Positions 27,248 through 37,006 of a stretch of DNA of 64,000 bases are shown here, one piece after another. Position numbers and translations under genes: made by a program. A model generated the notes under the pieces. That model did no database searches. It was not told where the DNA came from and worked only from the letters and a program-made list of their open reading frames with translations. The stretch's first letter is position 1; every line of letters begins with the position of its first letter. Where the stretch lies: contig OY970159.1 in the NCBI GenBank assembly GCA_963706415.1, positions 3,540,895-3,604,894 of the forward strand, given 5' to 3'. This stretch comes from an uncultured Conexibacteraceae bacterium. Lineage in GTDB: Bacteria > Actinomycetota > Thermoleophilia > Solirubrobacterales > Solirubrobacteraceae.

Positions 27248-28216
27248 ATGGCAACGGACGCGCTACGCGGCGGCATCGACCTCGGTGGGACGAAGATCCA
27301 GGCGATCGTCGCCAACGCCGAGCACCAGGTCCTGGGCCAGGCGCGACGCGCCACACCCACTGAAGGTGGCCCACCGGACGTGATCGCCGCCATGGCCGAG
27401 GCGCTCCAGGAGGCCGCCGAGGCGGCGGAGGTGGAGCCCGACACGCTGAGCGGGATCGGCGTCGGCGCGCCCGGGGCGATCGACGACGACGCCGGCACGC
27501 TGGCTCGCGCGGGCAACCTGCCCGGCTGGCGCGACCCCTACCCGCTGGCCAAGGAGCTCGGCGCGCGCTTCGGCGGCACCACCGTCCGGCTCGGCAACGA
27601 CGTGCAGGTCGCCACCGACGCGGAGTTCACGCTGGGGGCCGCGCGCGAGTTCTCGTCGCTGCTCGGCGTCTTCTGGGGCACGGGCGTCGGCGGCGGGATC
27701 GTCCTGGACGGCAAGCCGTGGCTGGGCCGCGGCGCCGCCGGCGAGATCGGCCACATCCCCGTGCGCCACCACGGGCTGCGGTGCCCCTGCGGGCGGATGG
27801 GCTGCATGGAGGCCTACGCCGGGCGCCGCGCGATGGAGGCGCGAGCGCGCAAGGCCCACGACGAGGGCGAGAAGACCATCCTCTTCAAGATCATGGAGGA
27901 GAAGGGCCGTGACCGGCTGACGAGCGGCATCTGGGCGCGCGCGATCGAGCGCGGCGACGAGCTGGCCGAGCGGCTGATCGACGATGCGGTCGACGCGCTC
28001 GGCAGCGCGGTCGCCGCGGCCTGCAACGTCCTGGATCCCGACGCCATCATCATCGGCGGCGGTCTCGGCGTGCGCTTCGGCGAGCCCTACGCGCAACGGA
28101 TCACCGACGCGATGATGCCCCACCTCTTCCACGACGCCGACCCGCCGGCCGTGCGGGTGGCCGAGCTCGGCGACCTCGGTGGCGCGCTGGGCGCCGCGCT
28201 GCAGGTGAAGCGCTGA
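27248..28216 (+). CDS. ROK family sugar kinase (glucokinase-like)
   Basis: GIDLGGTK, GNDVQVAT, EIGHIPV, and the zinc motif CPCGRMGCMEAY. Confidence 0.88.
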   Translation: MATDALRGGIDLGGTKIQAIVANAEHQVLGQARRATPTEGGPPDVIAAMAEALQEAAEAAEVEPDTLSGIGVGAPGAIDDDAGTLARAGNLPGWRDPYPLAKELGARFGGTTVRLGNDVQVATDAEFTLGAAREFSSLLGVFWGTGVGGGIVLDGKPWLGRGAAGEIGHIPVRHHGLRCPCGRMGCMEAYAGRRAMEARARKAHDEGEKTILFKIMEEKGRDRLTSGIWARAIERGDELAERLIDDAVDALGSAVAAACNVLDPDAIIIGGGLGVRFGEPYAQRITDAMMPHLFHDADPPAVRVAELGDLGGALGAALQVKR

Positions 28217-28866
28217 TGAGCGACTTGGAGGCCCTGAAGCGGGCAGCCGCGGTCGCGGCGGCCGACGAGGTCCGCGACGGGATGGTGCTCGGGCTCGGGA
28301 CCGGCTCGACGGTCGCGCACCTGCTCCCGGCGATCGCGGTGCGCGGGCTGCGCGGCCTGCGCTGCGTGGCGACATCGGTCGCCACGGCCGAGCAGGCGGC
28401 GTCGCTCGGGATCGCCGTCGAGTCGTTCGACGCCGTCGAGCGCCTGGATCTCGCGATCGACGGCGCCGACCAGATCGCGCCCGACGGGTGGATCGTCAAG
28501 GGCGGTGGCGGCGCGCACGTGCGCGAGAAGATCGTCGCCGCGGCGGCCGACCGCTTCGTGGTGATCGCCGACACGACCAAGGTGGTGGACAAGCTCTCGG
28601 CCCCGATCCCGCTGGAGCTGTTGGAGTACGGGTTGCCCGCGACCCTGGCCCGGCTGACGCCGTGCGACCTGCGCCCCGGCATGCCGCCGTCCCCCGACGG
28701 CAACCTGATCGCCGACTACACCGGTCCCGTCGGTGACCCGGCCGCGCTGGCGGCGCTGCTGTCGGCGACGCCCGGCGTCGTCGACCACGGCCTCTTCGCC
28801 CCCACCCTGACCGCCGAGATCATCATCGCGTCCAACGCCGGCATCGAGCGGCGCGCGCTGCGCTGA
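28216..28866 (+). CDS. rpiA: ribose-5-phosphate isomerase A
   Basis: GLGTGSTV, AIDGADQI, KGGGGAHVREK. TGATG junction with the kinase gene. Confidence 0.9.
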   Translation: MSDLEALKRAAAVAAADEVRDGMVLGLGTGSTVAHLLPAIAVRGLRGLRCVATSVATAEQAASLGIAVESFDAVERLDLAIDGADQIAPDGWIVKGGGGAHVREKIVAAAADRFVVIADTTKVVDKLSAPIPLELLEYGLPATLARLTPCDLRPGMPPSPDGNLIADYTGPVGDPAALAALLSATPGVVDHGLFAPTLTAEIIIASNAGIERRALR

Positions 28867-28895
28867 AGGCGCCGGCGCGCTGGTAGCTTGACGCG

Positions 28896-30380
28896 ATGTC
28901 AAAGCGCCTGCGTGTCGTCGTCGTCGGAGCCGGCTTCGGCGGCATCGCCGCCGCGATCGAGCTGCGGCGCCAGGGCATCGCCGACGTCACGATCCTGGAG
29001 CGCGCCGGCGGGCTCGGCGGCACCTGGCGCCACAACACCTACCCGGGCGCGGCATGCGATGTGCCGAGCCACCTGTACTCCTACTCCTTCGCGCAGCGCA
29101 CCGACTGGACGCGGCTCTGCTCGCCGCAGCCCGAGATCCTGGCCTATGCCGAGGAGGTCGCGCGGCGCCACGGGGTCGACCACCTCGTGGTCGGCGACAC
29201 CGAGGTGACGGCCTGCCACTGGGACGCCACGACGGCGACGTGGTCGGTGCAGACCGCGGGAGGCCAGAGCTACGAGGCCGACGCGATCGTCCTGGCCACG
29301 GGCCAGCTGCACCGTCCGGCCCGGCCGGAGATCCCCGGCGCCGAGCGCTTCGTGGGGCGGCTGATGCACTCGGCCGAATGGGATCCCGAACTCGATCTGC
29401 GCGACCAGCGCGTCGCAGTCATCGGCACCGGGGCCAGCGCCGTGCAGTTCGTCCCGGAGATCGCGCGCGTGGCACGATCGCTGACCGTCTTCCAGCGCAC
29501 GGGCAACTGGTTCTTGCCGCGTCGCAACCGGCCCTACCCGCGGGCGTGGCGGGCGGCCGTGGCGCACGTGCCGGGCCTGCAGCGCTGGCGCCGCGCCTTC
29601 GTCACCCATTACGGCGAGGCGCTGACCGCGATGATCCGCCACCCCAAGACACTGGGCCGGATCGGCGCCGCGCGGTCGGCCCTGTTCATGCGCGCGCAGC
29701 TGCGCGATCCCGAGCTGCGACGCAAGGCCTGGCCCGACTACGCCTTCGGCTGCAAGCGCGTGCTGTTCAGCTCGGCCTTCCTCCCGGCGCTGGCGCGCGA
29801 CAACGTGGAGCTCGTCACCGACGCGATCACGAGCATCGGCCCCAAAGGCCCGGTGACCGCGGACGGTCGCACCATCGAGGTCGACACCATCATCTACGCG
29901 ACGGGCTTTCGGACCAACGACTTCGTGGCGCCGATGGAGGTCACCGGCACCGACGGACGAACGCTCCGCGAAGCCTGGAGCGGCGGCGCCACCGCGCATC
30001 TCGGGATCACCGTTCCGGGCTTTCCGTCCATGTTCCTCATGTACGGGCCCAACACCAATACCTCTGGTGGGTCGATCCTCGTCTACCTCGAAGCACAGGC
30101 CGCCTACCTCGCCCAGGCGCTGACGCTCGTGCGGTCGCGCGGCGGCGCGGCGCTCGACGTCCGGCCCGAGGTGGCCGCACGCTCCGACGGTGAGGTGCAG
30201 GGACGCTTCGCGGGCACCGCGTGGACGGCGTGTGACTCGTGGTACCGCGACGGCGACGGCCGGATCGTCGCCAACTGGCCGGGCTACATGCGCGAGTACG
30301 TGCACGCGACGGCGGTGCTGGACCCGAGCGAGTTCACGCTCGTCGCCGCGCCCGCCGAGCTGCTCGCCGAGCCCGCGTAG
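28896..30380 (+). CDS. flavin-dependent (Baeyer-Villiger type) monooxygenase
   Basis: FAD site VVVGAGFGG, GGTW, BVMO fingerprint FVGRLMHSAEWD, second Rossmann motif VIGTGASAVQ. Confidence 0.88.
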   Translation: MSKRLRVVVVGAGFGGIAAAIELRRQGIADVTILERAGGLGGTWRHNTYPGAACDVPSHLYSYSFAQRTDWTRLCSPQPEILAYAEEVARRHGVDHLVVGDTEVTACHWDATTATWSVQTAGGQSYEADAIVLATGQLHRPARPEIPGAERFVGRLMHSAEWDPELDLRDQRVAVIGTGASAVQFVPEIARVARSLTVFQRTGNWFLPRRNRPYPRAWRAAVAHVPGLQRWRRAFVTHYGEALTAMIRHPKTLGRIGAARSALFMRAQLRDPELRRKAWPDYAFGCKRVLFSSAFLPALARDNVELVTDAITSIGPKGPVTADGRTIEVDTIIYATGFRTNDFVAPMEVTGTDGRTLREAWSGGATAHLGITVPGFPSMFLMYGPNTNTSGGSILVYLEAQAAYLAQALTLVRSRGGAALDVRPEVAARSDGEVQGRFAGTAWTACDSWYRDGDGRIVANWPGYMREYVHATAVLDPSEFTLVAAPAELLAEPA

Positions 30381-30429
30381 CGCCGCAACCGCAACAGCGC
30401 GGCGCGTCGACCATCTACAGTCCAGCGCG

Positions 30430-32556
30430 ATGAGCACCGCGCGGGCCGCCGAGCCCACCGCTGCCCACCGCGCCGGCGCGGCCGGTGTGCTGTCGTCGCC
30501 GTGGGCGTGGGTGGTTGGGCTCTACCTCGTTGCCGCCGCGCTGTACCTCGTACTGGCGCTGCGGTCGCCGCTGCCTGTCCTGTTCCCCGACGAGTTCCGC
30601 TACTCGCACCTCGCGCGGGGGCTGGCGGATGGGACCGGCACGGACTGGCGTGGCGAGCACATCGGCCAGGCCGCGGCGTTGTACGTGTACTTCATCACCC
30701 CGGCGTGGGGGCTGTTCAGCTCCTCGGTCGACGCCTACCACGCCTCCAAGGTGCTCGGGACGCTCGCGCTCTGCGCCCAGCTGATCCCGGTCTGGCTGCT
30801 CGCGCGCGAGCTCGTCGGGCCGCGGTTGGCACTCGTGCCCGCGGCGCTCTCCGTGGCCGGGACCTGGATGCTGACCAGCGCCGAGACCGTGACCGAGGTC
30901 CTCGCGTTCCCGCTGACGACCGCTGCGCTCTGCGTCGCGGTGATGGCGCTTCGTCGGCCCAGCAGCCGCCTCGGGTGGCTCGCCTTCTTCCTGCTCGCGC
31001 TGGCGACCTGGGCCCGAATCCAGATGGCCGTGCTCGTCCCCGCGTTGTTGCTGGCCTTCCTGCTCGACGCGCTGCGCGACCCGACGCGGCGCGCCGAGCG
31101 GCTGCGCGCGCACCGCGCCTACCTCGTCGTCGCGTCGGTCGCCTTCGCCGGACTCGTGCTCGTCGCGCTGGCCGCCCCCGGCATCGCCGGCGACTACGGC
31201 GGCTTCTTCAAGCTGCGCCCGTCGTTGGATCGGATCATCTCCAAGAGCGGCCTGCAGCTGCTGGCGCTCGTTGCCGTCGGCGGCTTCGCACCGGTGCTGC
31301 TGGCCGCGGGCGCCGCCTGTTCGCGCCGTGCCTGGCGCGACGACCGCACCGGCCCGCTGCTGGCGGTCTTCTGGCCCGCCGCGCTGGCCACCGTCGCCCA
31401 GAGCGCCTTCTTCCTCGCCGGCTACCCGCCGGCGCTCTCGGCGATCGATCGCTACGTCACCTATGCGCTGCCGCTGGCCTTGATCCTGATGACGGTCCTG
31501 GTCGCGCGTCCGGCGCTGCTGTCGCGGACGGCGATGATCGTCGCGGGGCTGCTCTCGCTGACGCTGCTCGCACGGCCCGCGATCCAGATGATCGGCGAGG
31601 AGCGCGCGAGCTGGGGCATCAGCTACCGATTGGACCATGTCCTAGGACTTGGCGTCGGGATCGGGTTCACGCTCGTCGCGCTCGCGCTGCTCTGGACCCT
31701 CGGGTTCCTGCGCGCGCGTGAGACCTCGCCGACGCGCGCGGTCCTGGTCATCGGGGCCGCGACGCTCGCGGTCTTCGCCGTCCAGAGCCAGGCCGCGTGG
31801 TGGCAGATGACCAAGACCGGCACGTCGTTCCGATCGATCATGCCCGCCGACCTCGAATGGGTCGACCACCATGCATCCGGGCCCGTCGCGCTGCTGGGGG
31901 TCACCCAGAACGCGCCGCAGTTCGACGACATCGACTTCTTCAACCGCAAGATCACGCAGGCCTATGCGCCGGCGGCCGGCCTGCTGGGACGCAAGGTCCA
32001 GGGCAACTCCTGCACGATGCGCTTCGCGGTCTCGGGCGAGCTCGTGCTCGGTCTTGGTTGCGGCCCGCGACCGTCGCGCTTCCTGATCAACGACCCGTCG
32101 GCGCGTGTCACCTTCCAGGACGAGGTGCGCTCGGCGACCGACCCGCACATCGGCCGGCTGGTCGAGCTGAAGCCGTCGACGATCCCGCGCGCGCGGTCGC
32201 TGGTCGTCCTGCCCTGCCCGCGTCGCACACCCGGCTACGCCGCCAACAGCCCGGACATCGTCGGCGTCGACTCACCGATCACCTGCTCTCGCGCGATGAC
32301 CGGGGCGCTGTGGCTCGACGCGCCCGCGCAGGTCTCGGTGCGCTATCGCGGCGGGCGCCACGATCAGGAGGTCGAGGCCGGCGGACGACGCTGGAAGATC
32401 CCGGCGGGCGTCGAGACGACGATCCGCTTCGGCGCGCCGAAGGGCTACTCGCAGTTCGTCGCCCAGGCCGACTGGGCGTCGAGCGTGGGAACGCCGCGGG
32501 TGCTGTCGGTCGCGCTGACGAGCGGTGGCAAGAGCACCGTGATCGCGCGGCCGTGA
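30430..32556 (+). CDS. GT-C fold membrane glycosyltransferase (ArnT/PMT_2-like) with large C-terminal extracytoplasmic domain
   Basis: ORF 30190..32556 trimmed to ATG 30430 (MSTARAAEP). First-loop motif PVLFPDEFRYSHLARGLADG. About 12 helices followed by a ~230-aa soluble tail. Confidence 0.65.
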   Translation: MSTARAAEPTAAHRAGAAGVLSSPWAWVVGLYLVAAALYLVLALRSPLPVLFPDEFRYSHLARGLADGTGTDWRGEHIGQAAALYVYFITPAWGLFSSSVDAYHASKVLGTLALCAQLIPVWLLARELVGPRLALVPAALSVAGTWMLTSAETVTEVLAFPLTTAALCVAVMALRRPSSRLGWLAFFLLALATWARIQMAVLVPALLLAFLLDALRDPTRRAERLRAHRAYLVVASVAFAGLVLVALAAPGIAGDYGGFFKLRPSLDRIISKSGLQLLALVAVGGFAPVLLAAGAACSRRAWRDDRTGPLLAVFWPAALATVAQSAFFLAGYPPALSAIDRYVTYALPLALILMTVLVARPALLSRTAMIVAGLLSLTLLARPAIQMIGEERASWGISYRLDHVLGLGVGIGFTLVALALLWTLGFLRARETSPTRAVLVIGAATLAVFAVQSQAAWWQMTKTGTSFRSIMPADLEWVDHHASGPVALLGVTQNAPQFDDIDFFNRKITQAYAPAAGLLGRKVQGNSCTMRFAVSGELVLGLGCGPRPSRFLINDPSARVTFQDEVRSATDPHIGRLVELKPSTIPRARSLVVLPCPRRTPGYAANSPDIVGVDSPITCSRAMTGALWLDAPAQVSVRYRGGRHDQEVEAGGRRWKIPAGVETTIRFGAPKGYSQFVAQADWASSVGTPRVLSVALTSGGKSTVIARP

Positions 32557-33083
32557 AGGCCTACATCTTCGGCTACGCGTCGCTTGTCGCGGCACCGGCC
32601 GTCGCGCGTGCCGTCCTGCGGAACCACCGCCGCGTCTGGGGCGTGGCGATGGACAACGCCGTCGAAGTGCCGGGATACAAGGTGTATGCCTTGTCTGACG
32701 GCACGCGACCGGCGCTCGCCGTGGCGTTCCTGGATCTGGTGGAGGCCGACGGCGCCGAGGTCGAGGGCGCCCTGCTTTCGGTCGACGCGGCGGAGCTTGC
32801 GGCCCTCGACGCGCGCGAGCGCCAGTACGAGCGCGTCGACGTGACGGCGCTCGTCGATCCGCTGCCGGGCGGCCCGGTCTGGACCTACGTCGGCCGCGCG
32901 CACGGGCGTGCGCGCGTGGCCGCGGGCCGCGCCGGCACCGCCCGGATCGCGATCCAGCGCGCCTACCTCGAGCTGGTCGAAGCCGCCTTCGCCGCCCTGG
33001 GCGACGACGCGCTCGCACGCTACCGGGCGAGCACCGAGCCGCCACCCTTCCCGGTCCTCGACCTCACGCGGATCGACCTGTAG
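32553..33083 (+). CDS. gamma-glutamylcyclotransferase/ChaC-like family protein
   Basis: GTG at 32553 forms a GTGA overlap with the upstream stop. N-terminal VKAYIFGYASLV matches the FGYGSL-type motif, and ELAALDARERQYERV is also present. Confidence 0.6.
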   Translation: MKAYIFGYASLVAAPAVARAVLRNHRRVWGVAMDNAVEVPGYKVYALSDGTRPALAVAFLDLVEADGAEVEGALLSVDAAELAALDARERQYERVDVTALVDPLPGGPVWTYVGRAHGRARVAAGRAGTARIAIQRAYLELVEAAFAALGDDALARYRASTEPPPFPVLDLTRIDL

Positions 33084-33101
33084 GTCTTGAGCGAAACCGC
33101 A

Positions 33102-35144
33102 TCAGAGCACGCCGAACAACTTTAAGTAGAACTCGGCGTTGCGTGCCATCTGCACCGGCCACTCGAAGCTGAGGAGCGGGACGATCGTCCAGATCGTCAG
33201 GAAGCTCGCGCCGATGGCCGCGACCCACCGCTGTCGCAGCTCGCAGAAGGCCAAGACTGCGAGAACCATCAGCGCGTAGTAGGGCGCTTCGAGCATGCGG
33301 GTCAGGGCGCCGGCTTGGAGTGTCTCGGCGCCGGTGAAGAAGACGAGGATCATCGCCGGCGGTAGTGCGGCGAGACCGACCAGCATCGCGATTCGATGCT
33401 GGTTGGTTCTCTTGGCGTCGGGCCTGAGTCGTCCGTAGCCGACCCATGCTGCGAGGATCAGCGAGAACAGGACGCCGTAGCCCATCAAGAAGTTGGGAAT
33501 GCCGCCGCACGAGGTGTTCGTGTCGCACGCGGCCTGCGAAAAGACCGGGAATGACAGCCCGGCGAACACTCCGTCGGTCAGCACGTTGCGCTTCGCCACC
33601 TGGTCGCCGAATCCCGGAAGCAGCGGCGCCAGGAAGTGGTGGACGCGCAGGCCGAGCCTGGAGCCGTTGACGTTGTCGGAAAGCAGGACGCCGACGGTCG
33701 CCGTCGCGACCCAGGCTCCGTACCACGCCAGCCACCGGCCACCGCTCGTCTGCGGCATCTCCTTCACTGTGCCCCAGGCGATCGCGACTGCCCCGGCCAG
33801 CGCCACCACGCACGCCGCGACGAGGATCAGCGTCGGGACGATCGGCGCGGGCGGCTCGTAGTTATAGCTCGTGAACGAGAAGGCGACGATGGGCAGCGCC
33901 AGCGCCAGTAGCACGCTCGCGTGCACGCTAACGCGCGCCGCCGACCTCCGGAGCACGCCCGGATGCCCGCGCAGCATATGCCAGATCAGACCAGCCGTCA
34001 CGGCCAAGCCGACGTACAAAACGTCGTTGAGCGTGACGAACCCGAGCCCCAAGGTCGCGAGCACCAGGGCCCATAGCGGCGCCTCGCGTGGGCTTCGCAT
34101 GATCAACAGCGCCGCCCACGGCGCGATGATCCCGATGTGGCGCCCGGGATGGGCAAGAGCGATCACCGGCTGGCCGCCGCCGACGACCTCGACATAGACC
34201 CAGGGGTAGATCGCCAACGTCGATCCGAAGACGACCGCGACGGCCAGCGACCCGGCCAGAGCCTTTCGACGCCGGGCGATGCGGTGCACGATGCCGTAGA
34301 GCAAACACAGAAAGCCCGCGACACTCACGCTCTGCGTGAAATAGAACGGGAACCAGAGGTCGCCGTAACCCCCGTCGGAGAACATGAGCGGTGCGTTGAA
34401 GAGCCACTCGTCGGTCTGTGTGTTCCAGTGGATCAGGTGGGCCACAGCCAAATCGAACTGGATCTTCATCGCCCCTTCCAGGAAGAAGGAGATCGAGTCC
34501 TGGGTGAGGTAAAAGACGCCCTGCTGGAGACGATGAATCGCCGCCACCATGACCATCACCAGAGCGATCGAGACCGCGACTGTCGCGCCGTCGCGACGCG
34601 GGGGCCGCAGCCGCACGTCGCGCATACTTGCGATCAGACCGCGCCAGTGCAGTGCGATCGCCCAAACCGGCGCAGCGGCCAGGCCGATCCACGAAGCCGA
34701 CGCAAGCGGCACCGCGGCGAACAGCAGTTGCAGCGGCGCAAGCATCATGAGGTACCCGGGCAGGAAGCCCGCAAGCAACCGCACCGGCACCGGCCACTCG
34801 TCGTCACCGCACAGCGCGGGGACCAGCCGGCTGCCGATGCCCATCGTCGACGTGAGGTACGTGACGTCGAAGACCATCGTGAGCAGCCAGGACCGATGTG
34901 CGAGGTCCGAGCTGAACGGATCGATCGGCGGGAAGGTGACGAACGGCGGCTCGGTGCCGACCGCGTGCGGCAGATAGTCGTCGCTCAGGAACGTTCGCAA
35001 TCCGGCGAAGGTCGCCTGTTGCTCTGAGGTGACGACGACGATGGCGACGACCAGCAAACCAACACCGAGGACGAGCAAAGGAAGCGCGTCGGCGGTCCGC
35101 GATCGACGCCGCGCCGCCACCGCCTGCTCCGACCTCGTGATCAT
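33102..35144 (-). CDS. 680-aa polytopic membrane protein of unknown family, low-GC relative to neighbours
   Basis: Long ORF with ATG start and about 16 hydrophobic segments. No motif recognised. Hand counts of 60-nt lines give about 55-68% G+C here, against about 70-77% in flanking genes. Confidence 0.7.
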   Translation of the reverse strand: MITRSEQAVAARRRSRTADALPLLVLGVGLLVVAIVVVTSEQQATFAGLRTFLSDDYLPHAVGTEPPFVTFPPIDPFSSDLAHRSWLLTMVFDVTYLTSTMGIGSRLVPALCGDDEWPVPVRLLAGFLPGYLMMLAPLQLLFAAVPLASASWIGLAAAPVWAIALHWRGLIASMRDVRLRPPRRDGATVAVSIALVMVMVAAIHRLQQGVFYLTQDSISFFLEGAMKIQFDLAVAHLIHWNTQTDEWLFNAPLMFSDGGYGDLWFPFYFTQSVSVAGFLCLLYGIVHRIARRRKALAGSLAVAVVFGSTLAIYPWVYVEVVGGGQPVIALAHPGRHIGIIAPWAALLIMRSPREAPLWALVLATLGLGFVTLNDVLYVGLAVTAGLIWHMLRGHPGVLRRSAARVSVHASVLLALALPIVAFSFTSYNYEPPAPIVPTLILVAACVVALAGAVAIAWGTVKEMPQTSGGRWLAWYGAWVATATVGVLLSDNVNGSRLGLRVHHFLAPLLPGFGDQVAKRNVLTDGVFAGLSFPVFSQAACDTNTSCGGIPNFLMGYGVLFSLILAAWVGYGRLRPDAKRTNQHRIAMLVGLAALPPAMILVFFTGAETLQAGALTRMLEAPYYALMVLAVLAFCELRQRWVAAIGASFLTIWTIVPLLSFEWPVQMARNAEFYLKLFGVL

Positions 35145-35315
35145 TCATACGTGCCTATCGGACTAACGCTGTGAGGAACCAGAGCCGCTCGGCACATGGT
35201 GCGGGCACACGACCGACCAACCGCGAGGCGCGCCACCGGTGGGGCAGCGCGACGCAGACGCCGGCCCGCCAACCCACCCACACCCGAGCCGGCCAGGCCG
35301 CCGAGCGCCGAGGGC

Positions 35316-36065
35316 TCAGGCCGTGCGCACGCCTCGCTCGACCATCCGCTTGCGCGCGTCATCCACGAGCGCGGCGACGAGCTTGCTGGTCTCGTCGACC
35401 TCCGGATGCCACTGCACGCCGAGGACGAAGCGGGTGCCGGGCAGTTCGACTGCCTCGGGCAGGTCGTCGAGCTCGGAGTGGCCGGTGACGACCAGGCCGT
35501 CGCCGACGCGATCGACGCCCTGGTGGTGGTGGCTCAGGGTCCGATGCGCCTCCTCGCCCGCCGCGCGCGCGGCCAATGAGCCGGGCGCCAGCCGCACCTG
35601 ATGATCGGCGCCGTCGAACGAGCCGGGGTTGCGGCGATGGTCCTCGTGGCCGTGGCTCTCGGGCAGGTGCTGCAGCAACGAGCCGCCGCGGGCGACGTTG
35701 AGCACCTGCATCCCACGGCAGATCCCGAGGAACGGGAGGTCACGCTCGATCGCACGCTGGGCGAGCGCGATCTCGAAGGCGTCGCGCTCCGGGTTGGTGT
35801 TGATGGTCTCCGGGTGCGCGGCCTCGCCGTAGGCGGCGGGAGCGATGTCGGAGCCGCCCGCGAGGATCAGGCCGTCCAACAGGTCCAGCAGCTCGTCGGG
35901 GTGCTCGGTCGCCCGCGCGTCGGGCGGCAGCAGCAGCGCGATGCCGCCGGCGCGTTGCACGGCATCGGCGTACTCGCGCGGGAGCAGATGCGCGGGCGTG
36001 TCCCAGACGCCCCACCGCGCGCGCTCCAGCGCCGCGCAGAGCCCGATGACTGGTCTGTCGGCCAT
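35316..36065 (-). CDS. class I glutamine amidotransferase-like, peptidase C26 (gamma-glutamyl-GABA hydrolase/PuuD-like)
   Basis: ORF 35316..36884 trimmed to ATG 36065 (MADRPVIGLCAA). Nucleophile region FLGICRGMQVLN and GVQWHPE. Confidence 0.88.
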   Translation of the reverse strand: MADRPVIGLCAALERARWGVWDTPAHLLPREYADAVQRAGGIALLLPPDARATEHPDELLDLLDGLILAGGSDIAPAAYGEAAHPETINTNPERDAFEIALAQRAIERDLPFLGICRGMQVLNVARGGSLLQHLPESHGHEDHRRNPGSFDGADHQVRLAPGSLAARAAGEEAHRTLSHHHQGVDRVGDGLVVTGHSELDDLPEAVELPGTRFVLGVQWHPEVDETSKLVAALVDDARKRMVERGVRTA

Positions 36066-36149
36066 ACCTTCAACGCTACTGCGCCGACAGGCGCACGACA
36101 TCGCAACGATCAGCCGGCCGGACAGCCAGGGCACATAGGATCCCCGCCC

Positions 36150-36953
36150 ATGACCGAGCTCGACACGATCAAGATCCACCGCCGGGGCGGCGCGGCCACC
36201 ATCGAGCTGGCGCGTCCCGAGACGATGAACGCGTGGAACAAGCAGTTCGGGCTCGACCTGCTCGCCGCCGTCGAGGAGGTTCGCGACGACGAGGCCGTGC
36301 GGGCCATCTGCATCACGGGCGCCGGTCGCGGCTTCTCCTCCGGCGCCGACCTGCGCGACATCAGCGGCCGTGACGAGCTGACCGAGCAGGGCCGGCCCGA
36401 CGTCTACAAGGTGCTGACCGAGCGCTACCACCCGATCATCACGGGCCTGCGCACGATGCCCAAGCCGGTCGTCGCCGCCGTCAACGGCCCGGCCGTCGGC
36501 ATCGGCCTCAGCCTCGCGCTGGCCGCCGACCTCGTCGTCGCGCGCGAGTCGGCCTACTTCCTGCTGGCCTTCGTCAACATCGGCCTCGCTCCCGACGGCG
36601 GCTCTTCGCTCTTCGTGCCCGAGCGCGTCGGGTTCACGCGCGCGATCGAGATGGCGATGCTCGGCGAGCGCGTCCCCGCGCCCCAAGCGGCCGCGTGGGG
36701 CCTCATCAACACGGTGTTCGCCGACGACGAGTTCGACGCCGAGGTGGCCGCGCTCGTCGACCGCCTCGCGGCGGGCCCGACCGCCGCCTACGCGGGCATC
36801 AAGCGCCAGCTCAACGCGTGGCTCTACGCGCGGATGGACGGCCAGCTGGAGCTGGAAGCCCAGGTGCAACGTGAGATGGCGCACTCCGACGACTTCGTCG
36901 AGGGCGTGTCAGCGTTTTTGCAGAAGCGCCCGCCGGCGTTCAGCGGTCGCTGA
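36150..36953 (+). CDS. enoyl-CoA hydratase/isomerase (crotonase) family protein
   Basis: ORF 35601..36953 trimmed to ATG 36150 (MTELDTIKIHRRGGAATIELARPETMNA). Oxyanion motifs ITGAGRGFSSGADL and AAVNGPAVGIG. Confidence 0.9.
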   Translation: MTELDTIKIHRRGGAATIELARPETMNAWNKQFGLDLLAAVEEVRDDEAVRAICITGAGRGFSSGADLRDISGRDELTEQGRPDVYKVLTERYHPIITGLRTMPKPVVAAVNGPAVGIGLSLALAADLVVARESAYFLLAFVNIGLAPDGGSSLFVPERVGFTRAIEMAMLGERVPAPQAAAWGLINTVFADDEFDAEVAALVDRLAAGPTAAYAGIKRQLNAWLYARMDGQLELEAQVQREMAHSDDFVEGVSAFLQKRPPAFSGR

Positions 36954-36957
36954 CATT

Positions 36958-37006
36958 CGTGTCAGCGTTCCTACAGAAGCGCCCCGCCGCCTTCGCCGGG
37001 CGCTGA
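36958..37006 (+). pseudogene. orphan 3-prime fragment of a second enoyl-CoA hydratase gene (last 15 codons plus stop)
   Basis: Nucleotides 36960-37006 (gtg tca gcg ttc cta cag aag cgc ccc gcc gcc ttc gcc ggg cgc tga) encode VSAFLQKRPAAFAGR*. The real gene ends VSAFLQKRPPAFSGR* at 36907-36953. The fragment is out of frame with the gene, and the differences are mostly synonymous. Confidence 0.6.

Noticed and set aside
33084-35315. The low-GC segment as a mobile element or genomic island with integration machinery.
   Set aside because: No integrase, transposase, tRNA, or direct or inverted terminal repeats are visible. Only a single gene is compositionally deviant, so it is reported as a compositional anomaly only.
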